Positions 40,881 through 54,237 are shown, counted from the stretch's first letter. The stretch is DNA of 64,000 nucleotides from Octopus sinensis (GCF_006345805.1 NC_042997.1:102982001-103046000); one strand, 5' to 3'. Notes: generated by a model not told the origin, from the sequence alone. Translations and numbers: made by a program.

Positions 40881-41190
40881 AGGCGCAATGGCCCAGTGGT
40901 TAGGGCAGCGGACTCGCGGTCGTAGGATCGCGGTTTCGATTCCCAGGCCGGGCGTTGTGAGTGTTTATTGAGTGAAAACACCTAAAGAGCTCCACGATGC
41001 TCCGGCAGGAGGTGGTGATCCCTGGTGTACTCTTTCACCACTCTTTCTCCCACTCTTTCTTCTGTTGGCCTGCTCGCTTAGCCAGCGAGGTGGCGTCATT
41101 CGAAGGTTAAAGCAATGCGAACGCATTGTGACCAGCGATGTGTAACTACATCTGATGGTCTGGTTGGTCACGTGATCACGTGACGTGATA
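40879..41190 (+). mobile_element. S2 SINE with alternative 3' tail
   Basis: Shares ~180 bp 5' part with 2889-3209, then diverges. Confidence 0.85.
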
Positions 41191-41770
41191 TATATATATA
41201 TATATGCACGCATATATGTATACGTCTGCAGATGTAAGTAGGTATGCATATATAGATAACTGTATAAATACTACATGCGTACACACCTATATTAATATAC
41301 AGACACATGTCTGTATACTTACATATATACGCTTAAGTTTATATATCCACACGTATGCATGCACACATATGACTGTATTAATGTGTGTATGTATGCGCAT
41401 GTGTAAGTGTGAGAGAGAGACAAAGATAGAGAGAGAGAGAACGAGTGCAGGTATGACTGTACGGTTTTTATGGCATGCAACCAAGTGATTCCTGTTTCGA
41501 CCCCACTACGTGGCATACTCATTCCCATCTCGGGTCCGTGTGTATCACGTCAAGCTGGCTATGGGCACGATGACTTCCCTTTGCAAATACTGATAGGGCA
41601 CAGATACTGTGTCGACAGCAAGCTAGATATGTCTTCTAGGGGCCACAATCTACAGTACCATCGACCCTTAAGGGTTAGCCACGTTTAGGTAGCAAATATA
41701 CGCATATTCCTTCTCGGAAGCATCATAACGCTTGGATAATAACTACAGAAATCAACCGGATTTTATATAA

Positions 41771-41773
<3 letters not shown>

Positions 41774-41815
<42 letters not shown>

Positions 41816-42770
41816 ATTACATACACACACACATGCACACATACACGCATGCACACATACATACATACACACACACACACATACATACACTACATACATA
41901 GATACATACATACATACACACACATACATAAACATACATATGTACACACACGCACATACACACATACACGCATGCAAAAATACATACACACATACGTGCA
42001 TACATACATACATACACACACACTTACACACATACACACACACATACATACATACGTACGTACATACATACATACACACACACATACATACACACACACA
42101 TACATACATACATACACACATACACACACATACACACATACATACATACACACACGCATACATACACACATACACACACATACACACATACATACATATA
42201 CACACGCATACATATACATACATACACATACACACACATACACACATACATACACACACACATATAAACACACATATAAGCCCCTACATTGTACACACAC
42301 GCATACATATATACATACATTCACTCGCACGCACGTACACACACACGCACACACACACATTTACATATATATATACTATACACTCACACACACATACACG
42401 TACATACATACATACATACACACATACACACACATACATACATACACACATACACACATACACGCATGCACACATACATACATACACACACATACACACG
42501 TACAAACATACACAAACTCACATACACACCGACATATATACATGCACAATATACACCTATCCGCGCACGCACACATACACACAAACACATACAAACGCAC
42601 ACATACACGCATGCACACATACATACATACACACACGCATACATATATACATACATTCACTCGCACGCACGTACACACACGCACATACACACACACACAC
42701 ACATACATACACACACACACACATACATACACACACACACACACTACAAACAACACACACACATGATACA
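41774..42770. repeat. ~1-kb CA-rich compound microsatellite with internal ~338-bp duplication
   Basis: CATACATTCACTCGCACGCACGTACACAC occurs near 42313 and 42651. Confidence 0.9.
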
Positions 42771-43077
42771 TATAGCCCTTTTTTTTGACCCGGCTTTGAC
42801 CTGGCTTGATACAAACAGCTAGTAGTCATTATGACAGCTGACTTTGTCATTGCCTTTATTCAACAAAAATACACACACACACACACACACGCATGCACAA
42901 ACACACTTGTCATCTTGCACACACACACACACGCATTCCTTTTTTGGAACTCTCTTGCCTTATAAAACCATGTTTCGACTACCTTCAACTTCTGTTCTTT
43001 CAACATGTGATCTCTTGAGCACCACCAGCTCAAATATTTTCTCCTCTGTCTTCCCTCCTTGGGATCTTTCCTTCTCC

Positions 43078-43145
43078 TTGTTTCCGACGAAGAGCTCCGC
43101 TCGAAACGTTAAACCCTCCTTCCCTTCTTTCCTGAGCGTCAATAA
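43078..43145 (+). ncRNA. Type I hammerhead motif in a PLE-like pseudo-LTR (42950-43200)
   Basis: CCGACGA-A-GAGC ucc GCUC-GAA-ACGUU...AGCGU-C; U4C change; weak stem I. Confidence 0.6.
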
Positions 43146-43216
43146 TACTCTAATTGTTCCACGTCCTGCGTTGCTGTGTTTTTTTTCTCTTTTTTTCTGT
43201 GTTTTCTTGTTTGGAT

Positions 43217-43284
<68 letters not shown>

Positions 43285-43324
43285 TATATATATATATATA
43301 TAATATATATATATATATATACAT

Positions 43325-43780
43325 ATATTATATAAAATCCGTTCTGTCTGTCTCTGAGTGTGTCTTCTAGGATCTCGGGTTTTCTCCATCCGATTGCGCT
43401 CAAATTTGATATGTAGATACCGACGGTATCAGGGCGTGTATAAGTCTTGAAAAAAGTTTAAAAATCGATCCCAGGTGAGAATGCGATCGATAAAGCCGTA
43501 GAAACGTGCATTTGTTCGCGCAAGTACATCAGCTGTTGCGATCGATACTACTCGTACGCGAGAAAAATGCACCTGCAGTTTGCGCCAAAAATCAACATGC
43601 TATTCCATTTAGATTTACTTCCAGCTAACCCATTTGCATGCATCGTTTTTTGTCCTGCTTTTCTTCCGTCAACCTGTACACCTTCCATTTTTTCCGTCAA
43701 CCTGTACACCTTCCATTTTTTGTTGTTTTTGAACTGCTTAAAGGCACGTTTCTTTCCTGCCAAGCTTACTATTTAAACCA
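43325..43780 (+). mobile_element. Helitron-like non-autonomous 5' portion
   Basis: (TA)nTATAAAATCCGTTCTGTCTGTC..CCGATTGCGCTCAAATTTG, same layout as the Helitron B 5' end. Confidence 0.5.
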
Positions 43781-44138
43781 TGTTTGTGTTCTCCCAGTCT
43801 ACAGCCTTATCATTACTGGTACTTTAAACTCTTCGGTTGCATATTTGTGTGAATATAATCGTTTTTCTTTAGAATAGATAAAAGTCTATCTTTATTTCTT
43901 CTTTTGCTGGTGTCTCAAATTTAGGTTAAATCAGTGTTTCTCAAAGAGGAGACCTATGGAACGGTCGGACAAATTGTTTTGAGGAAATTTGGTTTAAATG
44001 TTTGACATTTCAGCATCGTCCATTTGACGGGGGCGTTTTGCTCGTGTGCGTGTGTGTGTGTGTGTGTGTATGTGTGTGTGTGCGTGTGTGTGTATGCATA
44101 TATACATACCTACATATATATGTATATATACATGCATA

Positions 44139-44836
44139 TATGAGTACAGGACGTAAAAAACGTGAACAAAATGAAAAACCAGAACATTAAAAAAACATAG
44201 AAAACGAACGTTTTTCGAACAACGAAATAGAGAAACGAGACAGGCAACATAAAGAACAATCCCTTCATCAGTTATTCCCTGTTTTATCTACTCCGCGTTA
44301 CGAACGTTAGGACAAGACACGACTCCGTTAAAACAGTCGTTCCCGCAAAGCAAATAAAATAAAATTTGGGATTTTGCGGAGGGTAAAAGTGGTAACAAAA
44401 ACAGGACAGTAAGAACAAACGGTGAGGACTGTTAAGCCATAACGAGATAAAGTGGTGAACGCTGGAGAAAGGAGCTACGACAGGAGACAGGCAAAAGTAG
44501 GTCTTGTCTCTTGTAAAGTAAGAGGAAGAAAGAACGATAGCCGCTGATCACGTGTGAGCAACGAGAGAGTCAAGGAGAAAGAGTGAGGGAGAGAGAGGGG
44601 GAGAAAGAGAACGGTGAAGGGATGAGGAGAAGAAAAAACAGAAAGAAAGAATAATAATAGAGGAATAATGGGAGAATAGAGATAGTTCTAGAGTGCGCAT
44701 CAGAATTATTAAGATAAAACTTACTTAGAAAGGGATGCGTGGTGTTCGATCATATAATAAAATAAATAATATATGTATATATGCATATATACATAGATGT
44801 ATGAGTATAGGACGTCAAAAAGACGTGAACAAAATG
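44139..44836. mobile_element. Terminally redundant non-coding element (same family as 25789-26717)
   Basis: TATGAGTA(C/T)AGGACGT..AAAA..CGTGAACAAAATGA at both ends; internal homology to the 25.8-kb copy. Confidence 0.7.
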
Positions 44837-44837
44837 A

Positions 44838-44868
<31 letters not shown>

Positions 44869-44871
44869 TAT

Positions 44872-46246
44872 AAGCAGGCATAGCTGTGTGGTTAAGAAAA
44901 TTGCTATGCAACCATGTAGTTTCGGGTTCAGATCAACTGCGCGGCACTTTGGGCAAATGTCTTCTACTAAAGCCCTGGGCCGACAGATGCATAGTGAGTG
45001 AATTTGGTACACTGAAACAGTATGGGTGTCCGTTGTATATGTGTGTGTGCACATGGGTGTGTGCGTGTGTGCTTATGTTTGTGTGTGTCTGCGTGTGTGT
45101 CTGCATGTGTGTATGCTTGTGTTCATGTTTGTCTACCTCGCCGCTTGACAACCGGATCTGGTTTGTTTACACCTCCGTAATGTAGCGCTTCTACAAGTGT
45201 CAGATAGAGTAAATATCAGGCTTAAAAAATAAGTATTAGGGTCGATTTGTACGACTAAACCCTTCAAAGCGATATTCCAACTTGGTGACAGTTTAATCAT
45301 TGAAACAAATAATATATATATATATATATATATACATATATATAAGCAGGCATAGCTGTGTGGTTAAGAAAATTGCTATGCAACCATGTAGTTTCGGGTT
45401 CAGATCAACTGCGCGGCACTTGGGCAAATGTCTTCTACTAAAGCCCTGGGCCGACAGATGCATAGTGAGTGAATTTGGTACACTGAAACAGTATGGGTGT
45501 CCGTTGTATATGTGTGTGTGCACATGGGTGTGTGCGTGTGTGCTTATGTTTGTGTGTGTCTGCGTGTGTGTCTGCATGTGTGTATGCTTGTGTTCATGTT
45601 TGTCTACCTCGCCGCTTGACAACCGGATCTGGTTTGTTTACACCTCCGTAATGTAGCGCTTCTACAAGTGTCAGATAGAGTAAATATCAGGCTTAAAAAA
45701 TAAGTATAGGGTCGATTTGTACGACTAACCCTTCAAAGCGATATTCCAACTTGGTGACAGTTTAATCATTGAAACAAATAATATATATATATATATAATA
45801 CATATATATAAGCAGGCATAGCTGTGTGGTTAAGAAAATTGCTATGCAACCATGTAGTTTCGGGTTCAGATCAACTGCGCGGCACTTGGGCAAATGTCTT
45901 CTACTAAAGCCCTGGGCCGACAGATGCATAGTGAGTGAATTTGGTACACTGAAACAGTATGGGTGTCCGTTGTATATGTGTGTGTGCACATGGGTGTGTG
46001 CGTGTGTGCTTATGTTTGTGTTGTCTGCGGGTGTGTCTGCATGTGTGTATGCTTGTGTTCATGTTGTCTACCTCGCCGCTTGACAACCGGATCTGGTTTG
46101 TTTACACCTCCGTAATGTAGCGCTTCTACAAGTGTCAGATAGAGTAAATATCAGGCTTAAAAAATAAGTATTAGGGTCGATTTGTACGACTAAACCCTTC
46201 AAAGCGATATTCCAACTTGGTGACAGTTTAATCATTGAAACAAATA

Positions 46247-46250
<4 letters not shown>
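44872..46250 (+). mobile_element. Three tandem near-identical S1 SINE copies
   Basis: Starts at 44872, 45344, 45810; (TA)n between units; shared private mutations. Confidence 0.92.
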
Positions 46251-46299
<49 letters not shown>

Positions 46300-46304
<5 letters not shown>

Positions 46305-46810
46305 TGGTACAAAAAAGGAACCAATGTTTGCTGGAAATAGCAGACGAAAACGGTCCTTTATTTAACTAGAAAGTAATATTATTGCATTGCAATGACATTT
46401 ATAATTTTCATATAAGACTTTTTCACTGATCTCGGTTCTGTTTACTGCTAGGCGTTCAACCGAATATACTGGCATTGATGTAACGAATATTTTAAAATTT
46501 CGACTCCGGTGACCCTAGCTGATGAGGACTAACCGAATTTACGATAGCAGGCGTATTAGGAAAGTGCAAAATGCGAGTAGTAGATTACCCAATCTACGTT
46601 GTTCCTACTAGAGGTAAGACGAAAATATTTTATTATTTGCTGTCCGCACACATCTTTGCCAGTACATATTCATTGAAGCTTTATATAGCGTTGTACGGTT
46701 ATCGACTGTTATTTTCAGCAAACATTGATGCCTTGTTGTATCTACCACTATTTTCTATTCTACTTTTACGGTGCTTCATTTAGTTGGAAAATACTATTGC
46801 ATTGCAATAA
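46300..46810 (+). mobile_element. 415-bp terminally redundant retrozyme-like unit plus short inverted fragment
   Basis: TATTGCATTGCAAT at 46380-46393 and 46795-46808; 46300-46350 is an inverted homolog of ~46711-46750; HHR inside. Confidence 0.65.
46514..46560 (+). ncRNA. Type I hammerhead motif with 3-nt core insertion
   Basis: CCUAG-CUGAUGA-GG acuaa CC-GAA-uuu-ACG auagcagg CGU-A-UUAGG. Confidence 0.6.
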
Positions 46811-46821
46811 TATATATATAT

Positions 46822-48200
46822 ATAGACCCAGAAAGAATGAAAGGCAAAGTCGGCCTCGGCAGAATTTGAACCAAGAATACAAAGACGGACGAAAAGCCAC
46901 TAAGCATTTTGCTCGACGTGCTAACGATTCTGCCAGATCGCCACCTTAAAAGCGGCATTAATAATAAGATTAGGAAATCAACTATTAGAATAATTGAATA
47001 ACAGAAGCACAATTGTTAAATGGTATAGTATCTTTTATTTCACATTTTGGCGTAAGATCAGCAATTCTGAGGGGAAGTGGCAAATCAATTACACCGACAC
47101 CAGTAGTTGATTGGTACTGTATATTACCGATCGCCTTAGATGAGATAATAATATTAGTTTCAAATTTTTGCACAAGGCCAGCAAGTTTGGAGGAGGGCGT
47201 AAGTCGATTATATCGACCCTAGTGCTCGACTGGTACTTAATTTATCGACTCCGAAAGAATGAAAAGCAAAGTAGACCTCAGCGTAATTTGAAGTCAGAGC
47301 GTAAAGACGGACGAAATGTCCCTTAGCATTTTGTACGGCGTGCTAATGATTCTGCAATTTCATTGCCTTAGATGATACAAAAATATGTATTTCTTTATTG
47401 CACGCTGGGTGGAGTGGGGGCTAAACTTAGAGAGGACAAACAAGGACAGACAAATGGATTAAGTCGCTTACATCGACCTCAGCGCGTAACTGGTACTTAT
47501 TTCATCGACCCCGAAAAGAATGAAAGGCAAAGTCAACCTCAGCGGAATTTGAACTCAGAAATACCTATTTCTTTACTACCCACAAGGAGCTAAACACAAA
47601 AGGGACAAACAAGGATAGACAAAAACGGATTACGTCGATTATATCGACCCAAGTGCGTAACTGGTACTTATTTAATCGACCCCGAAAGGATGAAAGGCAA
47701 AGTCGACCTCGGCGGAATTTGAACTCAGAACGTAGCGGCAGACGAAATACCTATTTCTTTACTACCCACAAGGGGCTAAATACAGGGAGGACAAACAAGG
47801 ACAGACAAACGAATTAAGTCGATTATATCGACCCCAGTGCGTAACTGGTACTTAATTTATCGACCCCGAAAGGATGAAAGGCAAAGTCGACCTCGGCGTA
47901 ATTTGAACTCAGAACGTAGCGGCAGACGAAATACCTGTTTCTTTACTACCTATTTCTTTACTACCAACAAGGGGTTAAACACAGAGGAGACAAACAAGGA
48001 TGAACGGCAAAGTCGACCTCGGCGGAATTTGAACACACAACGTAGCGGCAGACGAAATACATATTTCTTTACTACACAGAAGGGGCTAAACACAGAGAGG
48101 ACAAACAAGGACAGACAAACGGATTATGTCGATTATATCGACCCCAGTGCGTAACTGATACTTATTTAATCGACCCCGAAAGGATGCCAGCTCGCCGCCT
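46822..48200 (-). mobile_element. S4 SINE cluster including a head-to-tail concatemer (~47390-48190)
   Basis: ~185-bp units rejoined at AAATAGGTATTTCG, lacking the A box. Confidence 0.85.
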
Positions 48201-48489
48201 TATTATTTCTAATGGCTTATTATTTCTAATCTCTTCATCATTTATAATGGCTTAAAAGCAAATGTTTCGCAGCATTTCTTTCTGGTTTTACGTTCGGAGT
48301 TGAAATTCAACCGAGGTCAACTTTGCCTCTTATCCTTTCGAAGTTGATAAAGTATGGACCAGTTGAGCATTGGGATCGATGTAATCTACTTACACCTTGT
48401 ATCCAAAATTGCTGGCTTTGTCTCAAAATTTGAAACTATTATTTCTAATGAGCTGAACCTAAAAGGAAATGGGAATATTAAGTGCTATT

Positions 48490-48528
48490 AATTTTTAAAG
48501 TATGTACCTATTTTTGGAACACCCTGTA
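48490..48528 (-). mobile_element. Solo Tc1/mariner-like terminus
   Basis: Minus TA|CAGGGTGTTCCAAAAATAGG; no partner TIR seen. Confidence 0.4.
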
Positions 48529-48544
48529 TAAATACACGCACACG

Positions 48545-48634
<90 letters not shown>

Positions 48635-49287
48635 CATATATATATATATATACATATACGCACATATATACACATGAATATATGTGGAGTGTACTAATGT
48701 ATATGCGTGTTTCGCTGCCTTTCTGTATACTCGCACGCACACACACACGCACGCACGCACGCACGCAGGCACGCACTCGCGCGCTTATAAAACATATGAC
48801 ATACATTGAACAATATAAAATCAACAAAGAATAACTGAAAGTTTTGTTTTCCGTTGAAGGTCACGCACGATGAAACCGTCTTCCTGTATTATTAACAAAG
48901 ACTTCTGGAAGAGGGTGGCACCATAATTGCCCTCTTCATGCAGTCGTTGTTTAATTAAAGTGCTTCGACTTGTTTTTCTTATCATAAACTTGACCCTCTT
49001 ATTTAGATGCTATGATTGAACAAGTGTGTCCCACTGACTTTAAACACACCTTCTCTTCTGTGTTATTCATTTGTTATTTATTTTATTTAGACACGCACAC
49101 ACACATTTACATACACACATACACACATACACACGTACATACATTCATACGTACATATGTATACCCATATATGTATATATATGTGTGTATATATGTGTTT
49201 TGTATGTGTGCGTATGTATGTATATATGTGTTTTGTATGTATGCGTATGTATGTACATATATATATATGTGTGTGTATGTGTGTATG

Positions 49288-49319
<32 letters not shown>

Positions 49320-49415
49320 AGAATCTGCCTGTCTGCCTGTCTATCTATTTATCTAGCTATCTACCTACTTACCTACCTACCTACATACCTATCTAAATCT
49401 ATCTATCTATCTATC

Positions 49416-49447
<32 letters not shown>

Positions 49448-49480
49448 CTCCAAATGGAGGGACAGACATATTTTTGTATA

Positions 49481-49522
<42 letters not shown>

Positions 49523-49696
49523 TGTATATATATATATAATTATGTAAATATACACACACATATATATATACATACATATATATATATATATAATATTATA
49601 TATATATACATATATATAAATATGTATATATATACCATTTATTCGGATAAATTTACTACGCACATTAAAAACCTCTTGTAAGTTCACATCTGCGCA

Positions 49697-49734
<38 letters not shown>

Positions 49735-52436
49735 TATATATATATATATATATTAGATAGATATAGTATATATATATATATGGTATATATATATATATAT
49801 ATATATATATCTGTAGTATATATATATATATATTATATATATTATATATATTATATATCTAGTAGAAATTATAGGTACAAATAGATATACGACTATTACT
49901 GTTACTTAGAGCTCCATGTAAAGTTTTATAATCTAGTCTAGTCTACTTTCTATGTAGCGTGAATCGAGCTACGGTGTTAATTATAGTTATTATTTATCTA
50001 ATTTGTATAAATAATACACAGAGCTATATCATTTCAATTCTCATGTATGTTGGAATACGGTTCCGGACTATACTAATGTTGTTTTGTACACACTAAAGGT
50101 ATTATTTTCATTTGCTATATATATCATTTTATTTCATTAATCTACCTGCATGTCTGTCTCATTACAATGTATATATATATATATATATATATACTACTTA
50201 TCGTTAGTATTTGTAAAGTGTGTGTGTTGATTTCATTGCTGGAAAGCCTAAGCGTTTTGAAGCTTTTATCAAATGTTTAGTATTCCATAACAAACTTAAA
50301 TGATCAAAATACACTGACGATTATTGGTAGAAATTTTAAGTCATGAAGTGAGTGGAGAGCTGTAAATTTTAAAGTAGCTTTTCATAAATATTCCCTGAGT
50401 CAGTTTAAAAGGAATGTTCACTTTAGCAGGGTAGTCGACCTCCGTAACTGACATACATTATCTTTTATGGACCAAAACATAATAGTGGGGCTTGTTGAAA
50501 CGCAGGTATATACTAAAAATGTATTTCTTGAATATTTTACTCCAAGACAGTCTTTTCTACGACCGATGTATTGTAAATTATTTTGGGAACATCATGATGT
50601 GTCATGCTGTGTTGAATGTACCTTAATGTGATGTATGAGTATATACTGATCAACTGTATAGTATTGTTCATAGAGATGTAGCTTAATCGACATTTTAAGT
50701 TGCGTGTCAGGGACTCAAGCATTTTACTACCTTTTTGGTCCAATAGGTATTTGTCACCTACTTATTCTTCTTGAATCGCAAAACCATATCTTCAAATTGT
50801 AACTTTATGAAACGGTCCCCAGTCACAGTGAATCTACGCTTCCTGTGGATGTTACAATCAATCATCCTCAAATTTATAGGAAATATGGCATAATTTTTTT
50901 ACATATTAGTATGCAGGGTGCTTCCCTTTGAAATTTGTTTTTTGGGTGTAATGATAGTCCATCTGTTCAAGGTTTATAAGGAATGTAAAGAAGAAATGAT
51001 AGAGTAATTCTTGAAGAATTCATTACCGACCCAAAAAATGTTTATATTTTTCTTTTTACCACTTGGTTACTGAATTTGCTCCTACTGCTTTTGTTTTGGT
51101 AGCTATCTTTGAATGATGCAATATCCATTCAAAGGCTGAGTAGATAGCGTTTCAATCTCTACACCTCTTTTCTCCGATATAAAGTGCTGTCAATCTCTTT
51201 GTGAAAGTTTCCTCTTGAAGTCAAAATATCGTGGATTATATGATATTTATCGAATGAATTTTCTTTATGGATAAAACAGGTACTGGTACTGAAAGTCTGT
51301 TGTAGGATATTATTTCTTTTTCTACTTTTATAGGAGTAGCTGTCCAAATGCTGATTTTGTTAATGTCTGGTATAATATTCGTTTGCCACTGTGGTTGCCA
51401 ACACTTTTGTATATTAGATTTTTGTCAAAATCTAGTTATTTAGAGCGCTCATTATGCAGAACAAAGCAGTTAGAGATATCTTCATGTAAAAGATTTTGGC
51501 TTGTAAAGATCATCTGTAAATTAATTATGGGTTATATTAGTGTCGTTTGCTTTTGAACATCCTAGCTCAACCATTCGATTATTATCAAAGAATCATCGAA
51601 TTATTTATTTTTAAAACTAATAATATGATTATTGATCAGGTTTTTCTGAGTTTTAAAAAAGCAACAACTAGATTTTTCCTAAATTTACTGACTCTAGCAA
51701 CCACTAAAACCAAACTTCTTTTTTAATAAAGCTAAATTATCATAGAATTTCTGCAATGTTTATTTATTATTATTATTTTCTTTACTTCATACAACACAGC
51801 TTTATTTATTAGTTGTTCAACACATTCAAATATTCTCATCAATTTTTGCTCATCTATCACTACGTTGTTGAACCCGCAATAATCTGTGAGGATTTGACAT
51901 AAACAGATTGAGAAAATTTTTCTATAATTCTCTTCCAGCACTTCGTCAAATATTTTCATATTGTTTCTAATTTCATTGTCAGTAACTTTTTACTAGAGAG
52001 TGGTTGTTTTTTTATTCTTCCTATTCACCTCAAAAGCATTCCTTTTTTTAAAGATATATGACAGAAATTTTAAAAATTATTCTAAATCTGCAGTTTTATA
52101 TTGTTTTTATTTTCTCTTTCGGATCAGTTTCATACGATGAAATATGAAAGTTTGAGTGTTGGTAATGATGATGGTGACGAAAACGGCCGTTTGTTTATAT
52201 TTTCGAGTTCATTTCTCTATCAACCAACGATGGTTTGGGGTACTTTCAGAAAATCAACTAAATTGCTTCTTTGACGGTCATTGTTTGGGCAACGAAAGAT
52301 ACCTGGTGGCGGAACTGCTTAAAAATGCTGATAGAAGAATTTTTGTGGTCATCGGAGTAAATCCTGATTAAAATGTAAATACCAAGTGAAGTGAGCAGAA
52401 TAGGTGAATCACAAAATTTGACTGTAATTTTTGTAA

Positions 52437-53380
52437 TACAGTTCTATATTTAAGAGATGAGAGATTTTAGATGGGTGTCTGTCACTATTTTTCTTGAATC
52501 ACCGATAGTGCTTCACCAGTTGGGACTTTGGTGAACAGGCTTATCACATCTAACTTCACCAGCTGGTTGAATTCAATGGGGAGTATCCTTGATCAATTCT
52601 ATGAAGTGGGTGGAATTCTTCACGTACGATATTGACATGATGAAGGTTGGAGGGTATATCAGCCGAAACGTTGTGTTAATGACAAACAAGATGAAGACAA
52701 ATATTCATCAAATGTAAATAAAGTAATTAATGTACATAATTCCTCATCTCTTAAATATAGAACTGTATTATCTAACTAGTACGGAGCCGACATTAGATTT
52801 CAATGGAGACATATAGAGAAACTCCATCAAAAACTAGTTCGTATTTCAAACCATCTAACTTTCTTGTGTAGATGTAGAGACTCAAAGCTAATACCACCTG
52901 GCTTGAATATAATGACATCAATGGATTCATATAAAGCTAGAAGAGTAGTGGAAAGGGCAGGACATGCTCTCGTCCGTGAGAGGGTCCATTATAACCGTTG
53001 GAATAAACATCAACTAAATAATAAAATCAAAGAGAGCTTATATTCATTGCTTTGGAAAATAACTAGAGATGATGATAGAAAGAAAATCCAACAAGATCTA
53101 GAAAAGTCGTATATGAAAAAATTTGAAATGGTGAAGACACACCAGATTAAGAAGTTTATAGTCAGAGAATGAAGACTGGAGTACGTCACCCACTTGTGAA
53201 AGCAGTAATTAATGTAAGTAGCCGACATCTAGAAAGCTCTGGAGAAGCAGTACTGAACAAAGGTCTTAACTTTCCGACAACCATCAAGCGCACTCCATAC
53301 TGGAATATAATAGCTCCTATTGCAGAGACAGCCATAAAGATACCAAAAGATAGCGAAACTTCTGATTATACAAACGACGA
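52437..53380 (+). mobile_element. Penelope-like element: inverted RT fragment + pseudo-LTR + N-terminal ORF remnant
   Basis: Plus: RISNHLTFLCRCRDSKLIPPGL, VINVSSRHL..VLNKGLNFP. Minus 52470-52632: SYVKNSTHFIELIKD / LVKLDVISLFTKVP. 25-bp inverted repeat 52437-52461 / 52743-52767. Confidence 0.9.
52637..52690 (+). ncRNA. Decayed hammerhead motif in the Penelope pseudo-LTR
   Basis: aUGAUGA-A-GGUUGG..UCAGCC-GAAACGUUGU guua AUGAC; C3 and cleavage triplet not intact. Confidence 0.6.
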
Positions 53381-53570
53381 TTTCCGACTAAAGTTTTTAT
53401 CACTCTACTAACCGTTAGTAGCTCTGCTTTAGAGAATCCGAAAGGACACGATTAATTCACAAATCCCATCCAGCCACCAGTACGAATACACGCATACGTA
53501 TGCATGCGTCAAAAATCATGGATACACCAAGAAAATAGTATGCAAAATGACATATACATACATAAATACA

Positions 53571-53624
<54 letters not shown>

Positions 53625-53975
53625 TATGTATATATATAATATAAATAATATATAAATATATGCATATATACATACATATATGCACATATCTACATATATA
53701 TGTATATATACATGTATATATGGGTACAGGGCATCAAAACACGTTGAACAGAATGAGAAACGAAAACATAAAAACAAAAACATAGAAACGAACTTTTTTC
53801 GAACAACGAAAAAAAAACAAACAGACAATCGAGACATACAACATAAAGAATATTCCCCTTCTTCAGTTGTCCCTGTTTCATCTATTCCACGTATATATAT
53901 ATATATAATATATATATATATATATGGAAAAAAGTCAAGGTAGAAAATGCTAAAATACTTTTATAAAAAACATTT

Positions 53976-54011
53976 CAGTACCGGTTTCAGTCATTGTGAC
54001 TTTTTCAACTG
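53976..54011 (-). ncRNA. Complete minimal type I hammerhead with compensatory U3-A8 pair
   Basis: CAG-UUGAAAA-AGUCA caa UGACU-GAAAC-CG-GUA-CUG; palindrome ACCGGT. Confidence 0.75.
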
Positions 54012-54201
54012 TAAGCATGGAAAAATAAAATTTTGGAAAACTTAAATTTTGGAAAAATTAAAAGAAAAGTTTTTTTAGAAGAATATTTGCATAGTATTCA
54101 AATACAAGGAAAATGCCCCTTGTATTTGAAAACTATGCAAATATTCTCTTACAAAAACTTTTCTTTTAATTTTTCCAAAATTTGATTGTTTTTCATACTC
54201 A

Positions 54202-54237
54202 CAGTTGAAAAACTCACAACGGCTGAAACTGGTACTG
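54202..54237 (+). ncRNA. Partner U3-A8 hammerhead copy, stem II decayed
   Basis: CAG-UUGAAAA-ACUCACAACGGCU-GAAAC-UG-GUA-CUG. Confidence 0.55.

Noticed and set aside
40879-40950. tRNA genes at SINE heads (also ~2891, ~19339, ~63471)
   Set aside because: A/B boxes are present, but the cloverleafs are incomplete and run into repeated SINE bodies.
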